In this document: positions 12,967 to 25,890 of the stretch, piece by piece
Layout of the letters: each line of letters begins with the position of its first letter
Numbering within the stretch: position 1 is the first letter of the stretch
From: Felis catus
Lineage: Eukaryota
Reading direction: 5' to 3'
Length of the DNA: 64,000 bases
Assembly (NCBI RefSeq): GCF_018350175.1
Contig: NC_058368.1
Span: 86,678,001-86,742,000 of the forward strand
Program-made: the position numbers and the translations under genes
Notes under the pieces: generated by a model
What the model saw: the letters and a program-made list of their open reading frames with translations, nothing else
The model's database searches: none
What the model was told of the DNA's origin: nothing

Positions 12967-15900
12967 ATACAACAACAAACATTCCAAAACCCAGACATGT
13001 TATAGTAACATTTGCAAAATGTACCGATAAAGAAAAAATCTTTAAAGCAGCAAGACACAAGAAGTCCTTAATATACAAGGGAAGATCCATAAAGCTAAAT
13101 AGATATTTCTTAACAGAAACTTGTCAAGCCAGAAAGGAGTAGCATGGTTTATACAAAGTGCAAATTGTGGAAAATATGCAGCCAAAAATATTCTATCCAG
13201 AAAGGCTATCACTTAGAATAGAAGGAGAAATAAAGAATTCCCCAGACAAACAAAAATGTATGGAGTTTATGACCACTAAAACAGGTGTGCAAAAAATATG
13301 AAAAGGGATGCCTAGAGGGAAAGGGAGAGAATAAAAGTGACAAAGAAAATAAAGAACAGTTCATATCTCAAAAAACAAAGACAAAACAAGTTAAAAAATG
13401 GCAATATGCATATCTATCAGTAATTACTCTAAAATTAAATCGACTAAATGCTCCAATCAAAAGGCAGGTTGCCAGAATAGATTAAAAAAAAAAAACTCAT
13501 CTCTATGGTGTCTACAAGAGATTCGTTTTAGACCTAAAGACACCTGCATGTTGAAAGGGAGGGGATGGAGAAATATTTATCATGCAAATAGATGTCAAAA
13601 GAAAACCAGAGTATCAATACTTATTTCAGAAAACTAGACATGGAAACAGACTGCAAAAAAAGAAAAAAGAGGTCACATATCACAATAAAGGGGACAACAC
13701 AAGAAGAAGATTTAACCATTATAAATATTTATGCCCCTAACATGGATGTATCTAAACATATAAAACAGATAATAAAAAACATAAAGGAAATAATCAGTAA
13801 CAATGCAATAAAAGTAGAGGGACTTTAACAACCCACTTGCATCCATGGACACATCATCTAAAAGGAAAATCAACCAGGAAAATACTTTGAATGACACACT
13901 GGACCAGATGGATTTTGGAGATATGTTCAAAACACTGCATCCTAAAACAGCAGAATACACATTATTTTCAATGCCACATGGCACATACTCCAGATTAGAT
14001 CATGTACTCAGTCACAAAAAAAGCCTCCACAAATTAAAGCTTAATGAGGTCATACCAGGTTGATTTTCTGACCAGAAAAATATGAAAATAGAAGTCAACC
14101 ACAAGAAAAAATAGGAAAGACCACAAACACGAGAATGTTAAACACCATGCTACTAAATAATGAATGGGTCAACCAAAAAAAATCTAAGAAATAATAATAA
14201 TAATAAAATGCATGTATAAAAATGAAAACACAATGATTCACAAACTTTGGTATGCAGCAAAATCAGTCCTTAGATGGAAGTATATAGCAGTACAGGTCTG
14301 CCTTAAGAAGTAAGCAAATTGTAAAATGAATAACCTAAACTAACACCTAAAAGAACTTACCAAAAAATCATAATAATAATAAGGCCTGAAGCCAGCAAAA
14401 GAAGAAAATAATAAATATTAGAGCAGAAAAAAATGATAGAGAAACTAAAAATAAATAAATAAATAAGTAAATAAATAAATAATTAAATAAATAATAAAAA
14501 TAAAAACAGATCATTGGAACTGAAAGCTGATTCTTTGGGGAAAAAAGATGGTAATAAAATTAATAAACCTCTAGTTAGACCTTACAAGGGGAAAAGAGAA
14601 AGAATACCCATAAACAAGATCACAAATGAAAGAGGAAACACTATAAAAATATGAACAATTATAAGTACATATTATGAAAAACCATATGCCAAAAATTTCA
14701 CATCCAAGAACAAAAGGTAAATTCGTAGAAACACACAAATTACTAAAATGAGAGGGAAAAACTAGAAAATTTGAAGTGAATGATAACCAGCAAGGAAATT
14801 GAGTCAGTAGTAATAAAACAAACAAAACACACACACACAAAAAAACCCTCAAAGTAACAAAAGCTCAGGGCCAGATCATTTAACAGGTGAATTCTACCAA
14901 ACATTTGAAGGAGAGTTAATACCTATTCTCTTCAAACTATTCCAAAAAATAGGAAAGGAAGAAAAACTTCCGAACCAATTTTATGAAGCCAGCATTACCC
15001 TGATACCAAAACCCAGTAAGATTCCACTAGAAAAGAGAAATATAGGCCAATATACCTGATGAACATGGATACAAGCATTCTCAATGAAAAATGAACAAAA
15101 CAAACAATAGAATTAAAAAAAAACTCATTTACCATGTTCAGGTGGGAATTATGCCTAAGCTCCATGTGTGTTTCAATATTTGCAAATCAATTAACATATT
15201 ACACCACATTAATAAAAGAAGAGATAAGAACCATATGATTATCTGAATAGATGCAGGAAAAGCACTTCAGGAAGTACATCATTCATGATAAAAATCCTCA
15301 ACAGGTAGGTTTAGAGGGAGCATACCTCAACAAAATAAAGGTCATTTCTTAAAAATCCACAGTTAATATCATCCTTAATAGGGAAAATTTCAGAGCTTTT
15401 CCCTTTATGGTCAGGACGAAACAAGGATGCCACTCTCACTACTGTTATTTTACATAGCACTGGAAGTCATAGCCACAGAAATCAGAGAATATATACAGAT
15501 AAATGTCATCCAAATCAGCAAGGAAGAAGTAGAACTTCCACTATTTGCAGAAGACATCATACCCTATATAGAAAATCTGAACAACTCCAAAAAAAAAAAA
15601 AAAAGATTGCTATAATTGGTACACAAATTCAGTAAAGTTATAGGATACAAAATAAATGTACAGAATTCTTTTGCATTTCTATACACTTATAATGAAGCAG
15701 TAATAAGAGAAATTGAAGAATCAATCCCATTTAGAACTGTCGCAAACACAATAAGACATTTAGACATATAGCTAACCAAAGACATGAAAGACCTGTGCTG
15801 TGAAAACTACATTACCCTGATGAAAGCAATTCAAGAGGACACACAAAAAATGAAAAGAACTTTCATGCTCATGTATTAGAAGAACAAATATTGTTAAAAT

Positions 15901-17760
15901 GTTGATCTTTCAAAGCAATCTACGCATTTAATGTAACCACAATCAAAATACATGGAGCATTTTTCACAAACCTAGAACAAACTATCCTGAAATTTTCAGA
16001 GAGCCAAAAGAGACCCCAAGTATCCAAAGCAAAGCAAACCCAGAGACATCACAATTCCAGATTTCAAGTTATATTAGAAAACTGTTGTCATCAAAACGGT
16101 ATGGTATCATCACAAAATAGACACATAGAACAACTGAACAGAACAGAAAACCCAGAAGTGAACCCACAATTATTTGGTCAACTCGTCTTTGACAAAGCAG
16201 GAAAGAAAATCCAATGGAAAAAAAGATCTCTTCAACAAATGGTGTTGGGAAAACTAGATAGCAACATGAAAAAGAATGAACCTGGATCACTTTCTTACAC
16301 CATATACAAAAATGAATTGAAAATGAATTAAAGTTGTTTTTTTTTTAATTTTTTAATGTTTATTTTTGAGAGAGAGAGAGAGAACAGGAGTGAGGCAGGG
16401 GGTGGGGGTGGTGTAGAGAAGGAAGGAGGCATAGAATCCTAAGCAGGCTCCAGGCTCTGAGCTGTCTACACAGAGCCCCATGCAGGGCTCAAAGCCGTGA
16501 ACCACAAGATCATGCCCTGAGCTGAAGTCGGACATTCCACCAACCAAACCACCCAGGCGCCCCAGATTAAAGTTCTTAATGTGAGTCAGGAAACCTTCAA
16601 AATCCTAGAGGAGAACACAGGCAGTAGCATCATGGATATTGGCCATAACAACTGCTGATTAGATACGTCTCCTGAGGCAAGGTAAACAAAAGCAAGAGTG
16701 AACAATTGAGACTTCATCCATGCAAAAAGCTTCTGCACAGGGTAAGAAATTAAAAAAAAAAAAAAGCCATCTAAGAAGTGAGAGAAGGTATTTTCAAATG
16801 ATGTTTCTGGTAAATGGTTAGTATCCAAAATATATAAAAACTTGTAAAAGTCAACACCCCAAAAAACAAATAATCCAATTAATAAAAGGGCAGAAGTCAC
16901 GAGTAGACATATTGGCAAAAAAGACCTAAAATGGCTAACAGATTCATTAAAAGATGTTCAACATCACTGATCATCAGTGAAATACTGACATCAAAACTAC
17001 AATGAGATATCACTTCATACCTGTCAGAATGGCTAAAATTAACAACACAGGAAACAATAAGTATGGTGAGGATGTGCAAAAAAGAGTAAACCTCTTATAC
17101 TTTGTTGGTAATGCAAACTGGTGCAGGCATTCTGGAAAATAGTAAGGAGTTTCCTCAAAAAGTTAAAAATAGAACTATCCTATCATCCAGCAATTTCACA
17201 ACTAGGTATTTATCCAAAGAATACAATGATATTGATTTGAAGGAATACCTACCCCCTGATGTTTATAGCAACATTATCAACAATAACCAAATCATGGAAA
17301 CAGCCCAACCGTCCATTGACTGATGAATGGGTAAAGAAGATGTGGTATATATACAGTGGAATACTACTCAGCCATAGAAAATAATGTAATCTCGATATTT
17401 GCAAGGATGTGCATGGGGCTACAAAGTATTGTGCTGAGTGAAATAGGTCAGTCAGAGAAAGACAAATACCATATGATTTCACTCATAGGTGAAATTTAAG
17501 AAATGATACAAGAAATTATAGGGGGAAGAAAGAGAAGAAAACCATGAAACAGACTCTTAAAAATAGAGCACAAAGTGAGGGTGACCAAAAGGGAGATATT
17601 GGGGTATGGTTTCAATAGGTGATGAGGATTAAGGAGAGCACTTTTTGTCATGAGCATCATATGTTTTTCTAAGTGATGAATCACTAAATTGTACATTTGA
17701 AACCAATATTACACTCTATGTTAACTAACTGGAATTTAACTAAAAACTTAAAAAACTAAT
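11219..17760 (+). mobile_element. Near-full-length older carnivore LINE-1, heavily disrupted
   Basis: GC-richer 5' UTR to ~12370, ORF1 remnants, ORF2 from ~13398 (WCLQEIRFRPKDT; YSRLDHVLSH; LFAEDII), 3' UTR and tail at ~17740-17760. Contains a SINE. Confidence 0.93.
16336..16563 (-). mobile_element. CAN-SINE nested in L1
   Basis: Complete antisense SINE with TSD attaaagtt at 16327-16335 and 16566-16574. Confidence 0.95.
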
Positions 17761-17764
17761 AATA

Positions 17765-18619
17765 TAAATTGAGAATAATTTAAGATTATTCAGCAACATT
17801 ATCAAGTGTAATCATATTTTATTATAGGAATCCCTGAATAAGTGAGAAAGAAGGGGGCAGAAAACTTTCAGTTGAAGAAACAATAGCTGAAAACATCTCT
17901 AACCTGGAGAAGGTAACAGACATCCAGATCAAAGAAACACAGAGAGCTACTACAAGATGAACCCACAGAGGTATACAGAAGAGACATCATCATTAAAATG
18001 GGAAATAATAATTAAAACAGATATTTATAAAACCACCAAGAAAAAAAAAGTTATATATTGGGGAAATTCAATAAGGCTATATCATCTTATTAACCAGCAG
18101 AAATCTGTGGGCCAAGAGAGAGTAACAGGATATACTCAAGGTACTGGGGAAAAATACTGGAAATAAAAATACTCTGTCCAGCAAAATTATCATCAGAATG
18201 GAAAGAGAAGTAAAGCATTACCTAGGGAAATATACGTCAAAGAAGTTCATCACTGCTAAACCATTCTTGTGAGAAATATTAAAGGAAAGTCTTTGGGAAT
18301 TTGAAAATTATAAAAGGTAAAAAAAAAAATCACAGGACAAAATGCACAATTAAGATAATAAATCAGTAATTTATAAAGCTAATGTGAAGGTTAAAATACA
18401 AAGAAGATAAATTATGTTTATAAAAATTAGTAGAGATACACAAAATAAAAGTATGTCAAATATGACATCACATGCCTAATACATGAAGAGGGCATTACAA
18501 ATTTGCTGCATTTACAATGTGTTTCAATTTAAGCAACTATCAATTTAATAAAGACTTCCATACCCATAAAATGTTATATTTGAACCAAATGATAACCACA
18601 CAGCAAAAGTCTATAATAG

Positions 18620-18666
<47 letters not shown>

Positions 18667-19559
18667 AAATAAATGAATGGAAAGGAATCCAAGCATTATA
18701 TTAAAGACAGAAAACTATATAAACCACAGGGGAAGAGAATGAGAGAAAACAAGGAATAGAGAAGCACGACAAAAACAACAAGACAACAACAAAATGAGAA
18801 TAAGCACACATCCATAAATAATTACTTTTTGTGTAAATGGAAAAAAATCTTCATTCAGTAGGTTTAAGGTGACTGAACAGATTAACAAAGAAAGATGCAG
18901 TAGCCATAGTTGTATCAGAAAAAATGGACTTTAAAACAAAGAGTGTAGCCAAAGAAAAATCTGGGCACTACATAATGAAAAAGGGATCAATCCAACCAGA
19001 GGATATAACAACTCTAAAAATCTAGGCAACACATCAGAACACCTAATACATAAATCAAATAAAACAGACATAAAGAGATAAATTAACAGTAGTATAAAAT
19101 GTGTTGGAATATTAATGTCCCACTTCCATAAGTGGATAGATAATCCAAACAAAAGTAATGAAACAGTGTTTCTGAACATCACATTAGAGTAAATGGACCT
19201 AAAATATAGGTACAGAACATTTGATCCCAAAACAGCAAAATACACATTCCTTTCAAGTGTACATGCAAAATTCTGAGAAATAGATCACATATTAGACAAC
19301 AAAATAAGTCTCAATGAATTTAAGAAGATTGAAATGATACCCAGCATCATTTTGACCAAAAAGGTAAAAACTAGAAATCAATTACAAGACAAAACCTGGA
19401 AAAAAAAAAAAAACAGAAGTACATGGATACTAAATAACATGATACTAAACTAAACAATGAAGGGATCACCAAAAAAATCACAGAGAACTTAAAAATATGT
19501 GAGAAAATAACAATGAAAACAAAATGATCGAAAATATTTGAAGTGCAGGAAAAGTATTT
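17765..19559 (+). mobile_element. Old L1 fragment (ORF1 C-half, long inter-ORF region, EN region)
   Basis: Degraded ORF1 and EN sequence (aacagcaaaatacacattcctttcaagtg..atagatcacat). Contains (CA)n. Confidence 0.85.
18622..18665. repeat. (CA)n microsatellite
   Basis: About 22 perfect units. Confidence 0.98.
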
Positions 19560-19564
19560 CTTCA

Positions 19565-20546
19565 CTCAGATGAGTGAAGTCATGATATTTGTCTTTCTCT
19601 GACTAATTTTGCTTAGCTTAATACCCTCTAGTTCCATCCATCTAGCTGCAAATGGCAAGATTTCATTCTTTTTTGATTACTGAGTAATACTCCATTGGGT
19701 ATATATACCACACCTTTATCCATTTTTACACCGATGTGCATTTGGGCTCTCCCATACTTTGGCTAATGTTGATATTATTGCTATAAACATTGCGATGCAC
19801 ATGCCCCTTTGAAACAGCATACCTGTATTCCTTGAATAAATAGCTAGTAATGCAACTGCTGGATCATAGGGTAAGTTCTATTTTTAATTTTTTGAGGGAC
19901 CTTTATGCTTTTTTCCAGAGTGGCTGTACCTTTTTGCATTCCCACCAGCATTGCAAAAGAGATCCTCTTTCTCCACATCCTCTGTTGTTGTGTGAGTTGT
20001 TAATGTTAGCCATTCTGACTGGTGTGAGGTTGTATCTCATCAAGGTTTTGATCTGTATTTCCCTGATGATGAGTGATGTTGAGAAATTTTTCGTGTGTTG
20101 GTTGTCATCTGCTTGCCTTCTTTGAAAAACTGTCTGTTCATGTCATTTGCCCTTTTCTTCACTGAATTACTTGTTTTTTAGGTGTTGAGTTTGATAAGTT
20201 CTTTATAGATTTTTGAATACTAACCCTTTCTCTGATATGTCATTTGCAAATATCTTCTCCCATTCTGTCGGTTGCCTTTTAGTTTTGCTGATTGTTTCCT
20301 TTGGTGTGCAGGTTTTTATTTTGATGAGGTCCTAATAGTCCACTTTAGCTTTTGTTTCCCTTGCCTCCAGAGATGTGTTGAGTAAGAAGTTGCTGTGGCC
20401 GACGTCAAAGAGGCTTTTCCTGCTTTTTCATTGGGGATTTTGATGTCTTCCTGTCTTATGTTTAGGTTTTTCACCCATTTTGTGTTTCTTTTTGTGTATG
20501 GTGAAGGAAAGTGGCCCAGGTTCCTTTTTCTATATGTCGTTGTCCA
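19565..20546 (-). mobile_element. L1 ORF2 3' fragment with no poly(A) or TSD; inverted paralogue of 4018-5013
   Basis: Reverse complement aligns by eye with 4018-5013, including shared unusual changes. Confidence 0.92.
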
Positions 20547-21167
20547 TATAATTTCCAGTTGCACATTACAATAGCCAAACATCTAATATTCACAAACAAA
20601 TAGATCATGACACACAAGAAAAATAAATTGGAAAATATGGCTGAAAGGAACAAATTAATTGTCATAAATTATTCAAGAAAGAGCATAGAATTTGAAGTGA
20701 CCAGACATAGACTTTAAAGCAACAAACACAAAATATGATAAAATTATAAAACAAATAAAAACATGGAAATATAAATCAGAAAAATATATGCATAAAATTA
20801 TACAAACGAAATGATGTAACTATGATATTGACTCAAATGAAATAGTAGAGGTGGAAAGAATACAAACTGATATCAGTCATTCAGTAGTAAATTCAGCAGT
20901 AGATTTGAATAGACAGAGGAAACAATCAGAAAATTTGAAGATAAGACAACTGAAATAACTAAATCTGGGTATCAGAATTAAGATAGAAATAATCAGAGAC
21001 ATAGGAATGTATTGAATTCCATCTAGTAGACAAGTATACACATTATAAGAGCCTAAGGGAAAAGAAAAAGAGATGGAGAGAGGGAAAGTGGCAGAAAGAA
21101 TATTTGAGAAAATAATAGAAAAAATTTTTCTACATTTGATAAAATACATGAATTTAAGTTTTCAAGA
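20545..21167 (+). mobile_element. Ancient L1 ORF1-like fragment
   Basis: Degraded ORF1-like purine-rich sequence (gcagaaagaatatttgagaaaataatag...). Confidence 0.65.
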
Positions 21168-21605
21168 TTTTTTTAAATATGGAATTTATTTTCAAATTCG
21201 TTTCCATACAACACCCAGTGCTCATCTCAACAGGTACCTTCCTCAATGCCCATTACCCACCCTCCCTTACCTCCCACCTCCCATCAACCGTTAGTTTATT
21301 CTCAGTTTTTAAGAGTCTCTTATGGTTTGGCTCACTCCCTCTCCTACCTTTTTTTTTCCTTCCCCTCCTCCATGGTCTTCTGTTACGTTTCTCAGGATCC
21401 ACATAAGAGTGAAAACATATCGTATCTGTCTTTCTCTGTATGACTCATTTCACTTAGCATCACACTCTCCAGTTCCATTCACGTTGCTACAAAAGGCCAT
21501 ATTTCATTGTTTCTCATTGTCAAGTAGTATTCCATTGTGTATATAAACCAGAGTTTCTTTGTCCATTTATCAGTTGATGGACATTTAGGCTTTTTCCATA
21601 ATTTA
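21168..21605 (-). mobile_element. Short 5'-truncated felid-type L1 3' end
   Basis: Same 3' UTR type as 43231-43670, with TSD aagttttcaaga at 21156-21167 and 21606-21617. Confidence 0.93.
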
Positions 21606-22171
21606 AAGTTTTCAAGAATTTTAAATACCCCCATAAAGGATAGACCTAGAGATTCATATGGTTGTTTTCATAGTAGACAAAGGTTATATATCCATATTTT
21701 TGTTCACAACAACAGACTGGTAGCAGTGTAAACACATACAAATGAGAGTTTCAAGGGAATTCCAAGTCATACATAAGGTTCTTCAATTGAGCTTAAGCAT
21801 AAAACAGCCTTCTTTCATGTCCTTTCTACATGTCTTTATGTATTTGTTGAGTCGTTGATGGTGAGTAATGGAGAAAAATTTAAAAAGTTAAGCTGTATAA
21901 AAAAACAAGTGACTTTTCATAAGGAGTTTCTTAAATTCCTCAGTATGGATAGTATGTTTATATGAAAATATAAAATGTCTCAAAATAAATTTGATGTCTC
22001 TAGTTATCAAACAATTATGCACATCTGTCAAGGGAATGGGATATTTGTGTTTAGAAAAAAAATATTTAAACTGAAACTTAATTGAGATGTTGCTTCATCT
22101 TGATAGTACCAAATTTATCTTTCTTAATTTTACCCTTACCTTCTTCAGCTTAAGGAACCTCCACATTGGAG

Positions 22172-23138
22172 ATGGCCAACACCACTAGTATGACAGATTT
22201 CATCCTCATTGGATTCTCAGAGATTCATGACCTTCAAATGTTACATGCTACTCTGTTCTTATTGAACTAGATGACATCTCTAATGAGAAATACCCACATC
22301 ATCACCATAACTGCTCATGACCACAATCTTTTTCTCCTTGTATTTTTTCCTGAAACTCCTCCCACTCTTAGATTCTCTTCTAAATCTGACATTGTACCCA
22401 AATCTATTATTCATTCAATAAAACACACAAGGACCATCTCTTTTCTGTGCTGTGTCACAGAGAAGTTTTTGTTGCTTTAAATGGCATGTTCAGAACTGGT
22501 CCTACTTACAGTGATGCTCTATGACCACCAACTAGCCATTTGTTATTGCTTACATTATGAGGTCATCATAAACAGGAAGTTCTGTGTGCAGAACTTCTTG
22601 CAGCAGCTTTTGGCTCAGCTGATGCATAAGTGGGGTCATGTACACCTTCTTATTAACCTTTTCCAGCTTCCTCTTACAAAAAATTTTTTTGTGATGTCTC
22701 TTCCTCAATGAAGATTTCATGCTTTGCCACACATACTGTAAAACCTGTCAAAACTGTCATATTTTCTAGCTCTTAGATATTTTATTACTTTCATAATGCC
22801 CTACACTTATGTATTTCTGACCTTCCTGACAATCCTACTAGCACAGAGAATATCGAAAGTCTTCTCCACCTGTCTGCCTCATCTCTTAACCATAACCTTA
22901 TTTTTTCTCAACTGCCAGTGAACACTACTTGAGGCCCAAGTCAGGTATTCCATCTCTTCTGGACCTTTGTCTATCTTTTCCCTTTGGTACACTTCCAACT
23001 CTAAATCGCATGATCTACAGCTTGAGAAATACAGACATCAAAGATGCTCTAAGAAAGGTAAATTTGGGCAAAATTCTGTCATGTTGTAACTCTATTATCT
23101 GGTCTTTCTCATGTACAATATTCACTATTGATATTTAA
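22172..23138 (+). pseudogene. Olfactory receptor pseudogene, family-14-like
   Basis: Begins MANTTSMTDFILIGFSEIHDLQMLHATLF, then TAG at 22268-22270 and TAA at 22478-22480, plus frameshifts and deletions. Remnant motifs: VPKS, MLYDH (from MSYDR), KVFSTCLPHL (~22856), IYSLRNTDIK. Acceptor cttcttcag ends at 22148. Confidence 0.93.
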
Positions 23139-23146
23139 CTAGATTT

Positions 23147-23944
23147 TTTAAGTTTATTTATTTATTTGAGAGATACAGACAGCACAAGTAGGGAAAGGGC
23201 AGTGAGAGGTAGAGAGAATCCCAAGCAGGCTCTTTTGTTGGAAAGAGAAATCACTTTGCATTTATTCTTATGTAAGTGTATTTTAAATATATTTTCCAGC
23301 TTACTAACTATAAGCTATATAACAATGTCAACTAAACATTATCTCTATGCCTTAATTGACATAGATAGATGATAGATAGATAGATAGATAGATGATAGAT
23401 ATCAGCATTTTTCTGATTTTTTCCTTGTTTGCAAAAAACACTGCTATTAAGCTTATTTAGCAAAAATCTATGTAAACATGTATATTGCCAATTCAACAAT
23501 TCAAAACTTGAAATTCACCATCAGATATGTGGATATTTAAAATTCCAAATCTTTAAAAACTTCAAAGAACTTTTTTTTGTAATCCACATTCACCAATGCT
23601 TCAGAATATTTGCTTCTCTTTGAATCTTTGCTGTAATTATTTAAAATTTTCTAATATTTTCTGAACTATTTGACAAAATAATATTCCATAATTATTTAAA
23701 TTTGATTTTCTAATGAAATTAAATAACTTGCCATACATTTATTAATTCTTTATGCTTATTCTGGGAATTCTTCACATGCACTTTGCCTGTATTCATATTT
23801 TTATACTGATTTGAGGAGTCCTACATATTTTACGGGTATGACAGTGCAGAGCCCAACATAGGGCTCGAACTCACAAACTGAGATCATGACCTAAGCTGAA
23901 ACCAAGACTTCGAAGCTTAACTGACTGAGCCACCCAGATGCCCC
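23147..23944 (-). mobile_element. CAN-SINE split in two (23147-23232 and ~23839-23944) by a ~605-bp insert
   Basis: The halves are collinear and non-overlapping. TSD ttaacta(g/a)attt at 23135-23146 and 23945-23956. Confidence 0.88.
23361..23402. repeat. (GATA)n microsatellite
   Basis: Interrupted GATA run. Confidence 0.95.
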
Positions 23945-24771
23945 TTAACTAAATTTCAAATAGAGATGATACATCATTTTGGATTCATCTAGTTCAGTAA
24001 TAAGTGTAGAATGATGTCTGTGTGTGGCTTCACATTGGAATTTATCTGTTGTCTGAATCATTGATGAATTTTGTTACCTGATCTCAATGTCTCCATTGTT
24101 CTTTGGGTTTAATTTTGGAGACTGCTAATTACCTTCTGTTTCTTCCTTTTCTTTTACTTTGTTCATAGTAGGTAGTTCAGTTAGTGTTTTTTGTTTGTTT
24201 TGTTTCTGTTTTTGTTGTTTTTGTTGTTGTTTGTTTGTTTTGCTTTGTTGTTTTTTTTTCTCCCTGGAAAGATAACTTTGTCCAGAATGGCAAGCAATCT
24301 AATAAACTGTGGGCTAATTTATTTCAGTCATATGCTTTGAAGGCATCTTTCTGTAACAACTCAAATGTCTGGTATTGTCCTCTTATTGTGCTCTCTAAAT
24401 CTGTTCATTCAACTTGGACTTTGAGTCCATTAACTACTTCAGATGTAACTAGGATAACCTTTGAAATGGTATAGAATTTTGCAAGAGAGACAGGAATGGG
24501 TCAGTCAGTATATGTTCATGAAAGTATCGAGTATTTTCAACCAGTTATCTGGAAAGCATAGAATGGAAAACAATAAAGCTCCAGGTTATTTTCTCAGAAC
24601 AGATACTTATGAGTTCACTATTTAAATTATTTATAGGAATCATCTGACCCTATGTGATTACTAAAGAGACTATCCTGTGAGCCTTGTAAGCTTATGCCAA
24701 AAAATGATGTAGACTGTGAGATAGCTTAAGTACTTAAGTAGAATCTTCTGATGACACTGAATCATGTAGAG

Positions 24772-24914
24772 CAGCACCATTCAGGAGATGTTCTTCAGTG
24801 ATGAAAATGTGGCTAGTGTAATGCAGACATAAGATTTTAGTTCAATTTATTTTCAACTAACATAAATTTAAGTAGTCACACATGGAAGTTGACTACTAAA
24901 GTGGACATTCACAG
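24772..24914 (+). mobile_element. MER3-like hAT-Charlie DNA transposon relic, internally deleted
   Basis: Resembles the recalled MER3 consensus: cagtgatgaaaatgtggctagtg...aaatttaagtagtcacacatgg...tggaca. Confidence 0.7.
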
Positions 24915-25487
24915 ATTTGGAGTGAAATAATCTAAAATTTTAAAGTTCTAATACCTAATAATACAATAAACCTTACATACTTTACTTTTTTCTTATATTT
25001 TGCGCAAACATTCTCATTTCAGCCATTAGTCTACAGAAAAAATATATATACAAGATGATGATGTATATGTATATATGCATATATCTTGTATATATGCATA
25101 TATACATACATATGCAAGATGATGAGGCTCATATTTACCTCAAAGAAAGAAATCCATCTAACCAGGGACCTGAAACTACAGTGAAATTTTGAGGAACAAG
25201 AAGTAAAGGAATTTGTTTAAGATGCCAGTTTTCATTAAGAAAGAAATAAAGGATTATTGAATATTTTATAAATACATTATGTGATGATTTATGCTACTCT
25301 GAACCATTAACAATCGAGAAAACAAACAAACAATTGAAACAAAATATTGACCAATTTCAAAGAAAAGCCAGGGAGAAAAAGTTCTTATCTGTCCAAGGTT
25401 TTTACCTATTCATCAGAGTCTATACAAATGCTAATGACCTTATCATAAAAATAGCTACATCAAATGATTAAGAATTTATAATATATT

Positions 25488-25588
25488 TTATTTTTTTAAG
25501 TAATGTCTACACCCACTGAAGGGCTTGAAATCACCACCCTGAGATCAATAGTCACATGCTCTACCAAATGTGTCAGACAGGTGTCTCT
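25488..25588 (-). mobile_element. Short old-type carnivore SINE
   Basis: tctacaccca..gggcttgaaatcaccaccctgagatcaatagtcacatgctctacc pattern. Confidence 0.75.
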
Positions 25589-25685
25589 ATAATATGAAAA
25601 ACAAAACAAAACAAACTTACTCCTGATATAGCTGGTTTCTCTTATAAGAGCATTATGGTAAGACTTTAAAATTTATTTCTGTTGA

Positions 25686-25890
25686 AGCGTCCGACTCGGC
25701 TCAGGTCATGATCTCATGGTCAGTGGGTTCGAGCCCCGCGTCGGGCTCTGTGCTGACAGCTCAGAGCCTGGAGCCTGTTTCAGATTCTGTGTCTCCCTCT
25801 CTCTGACCCTCCCCCGTTCATGCTCTGTCTCTCTCTGTCTCAAAAATAAATAAATGTTAAAAAAATTAAAAAAAAAAAAAAGAAAAGAGA
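25686..25890 (+). mobile_element. Young, 5'-truncated felid CAN-SINE
   Basis: CpG-rich (aagcgtccgact..cgagccccgcgtcggg), lacks the first ~25 nt, no TSD seen. Confidence 0.93.

Noticed and set aside
11206..17761. TSD for the older full-length L1 (aaagaaacaaata vs aaaaaactaata)
   Set aside because: Low complexity and imperfect, so it cannot be told from chance.
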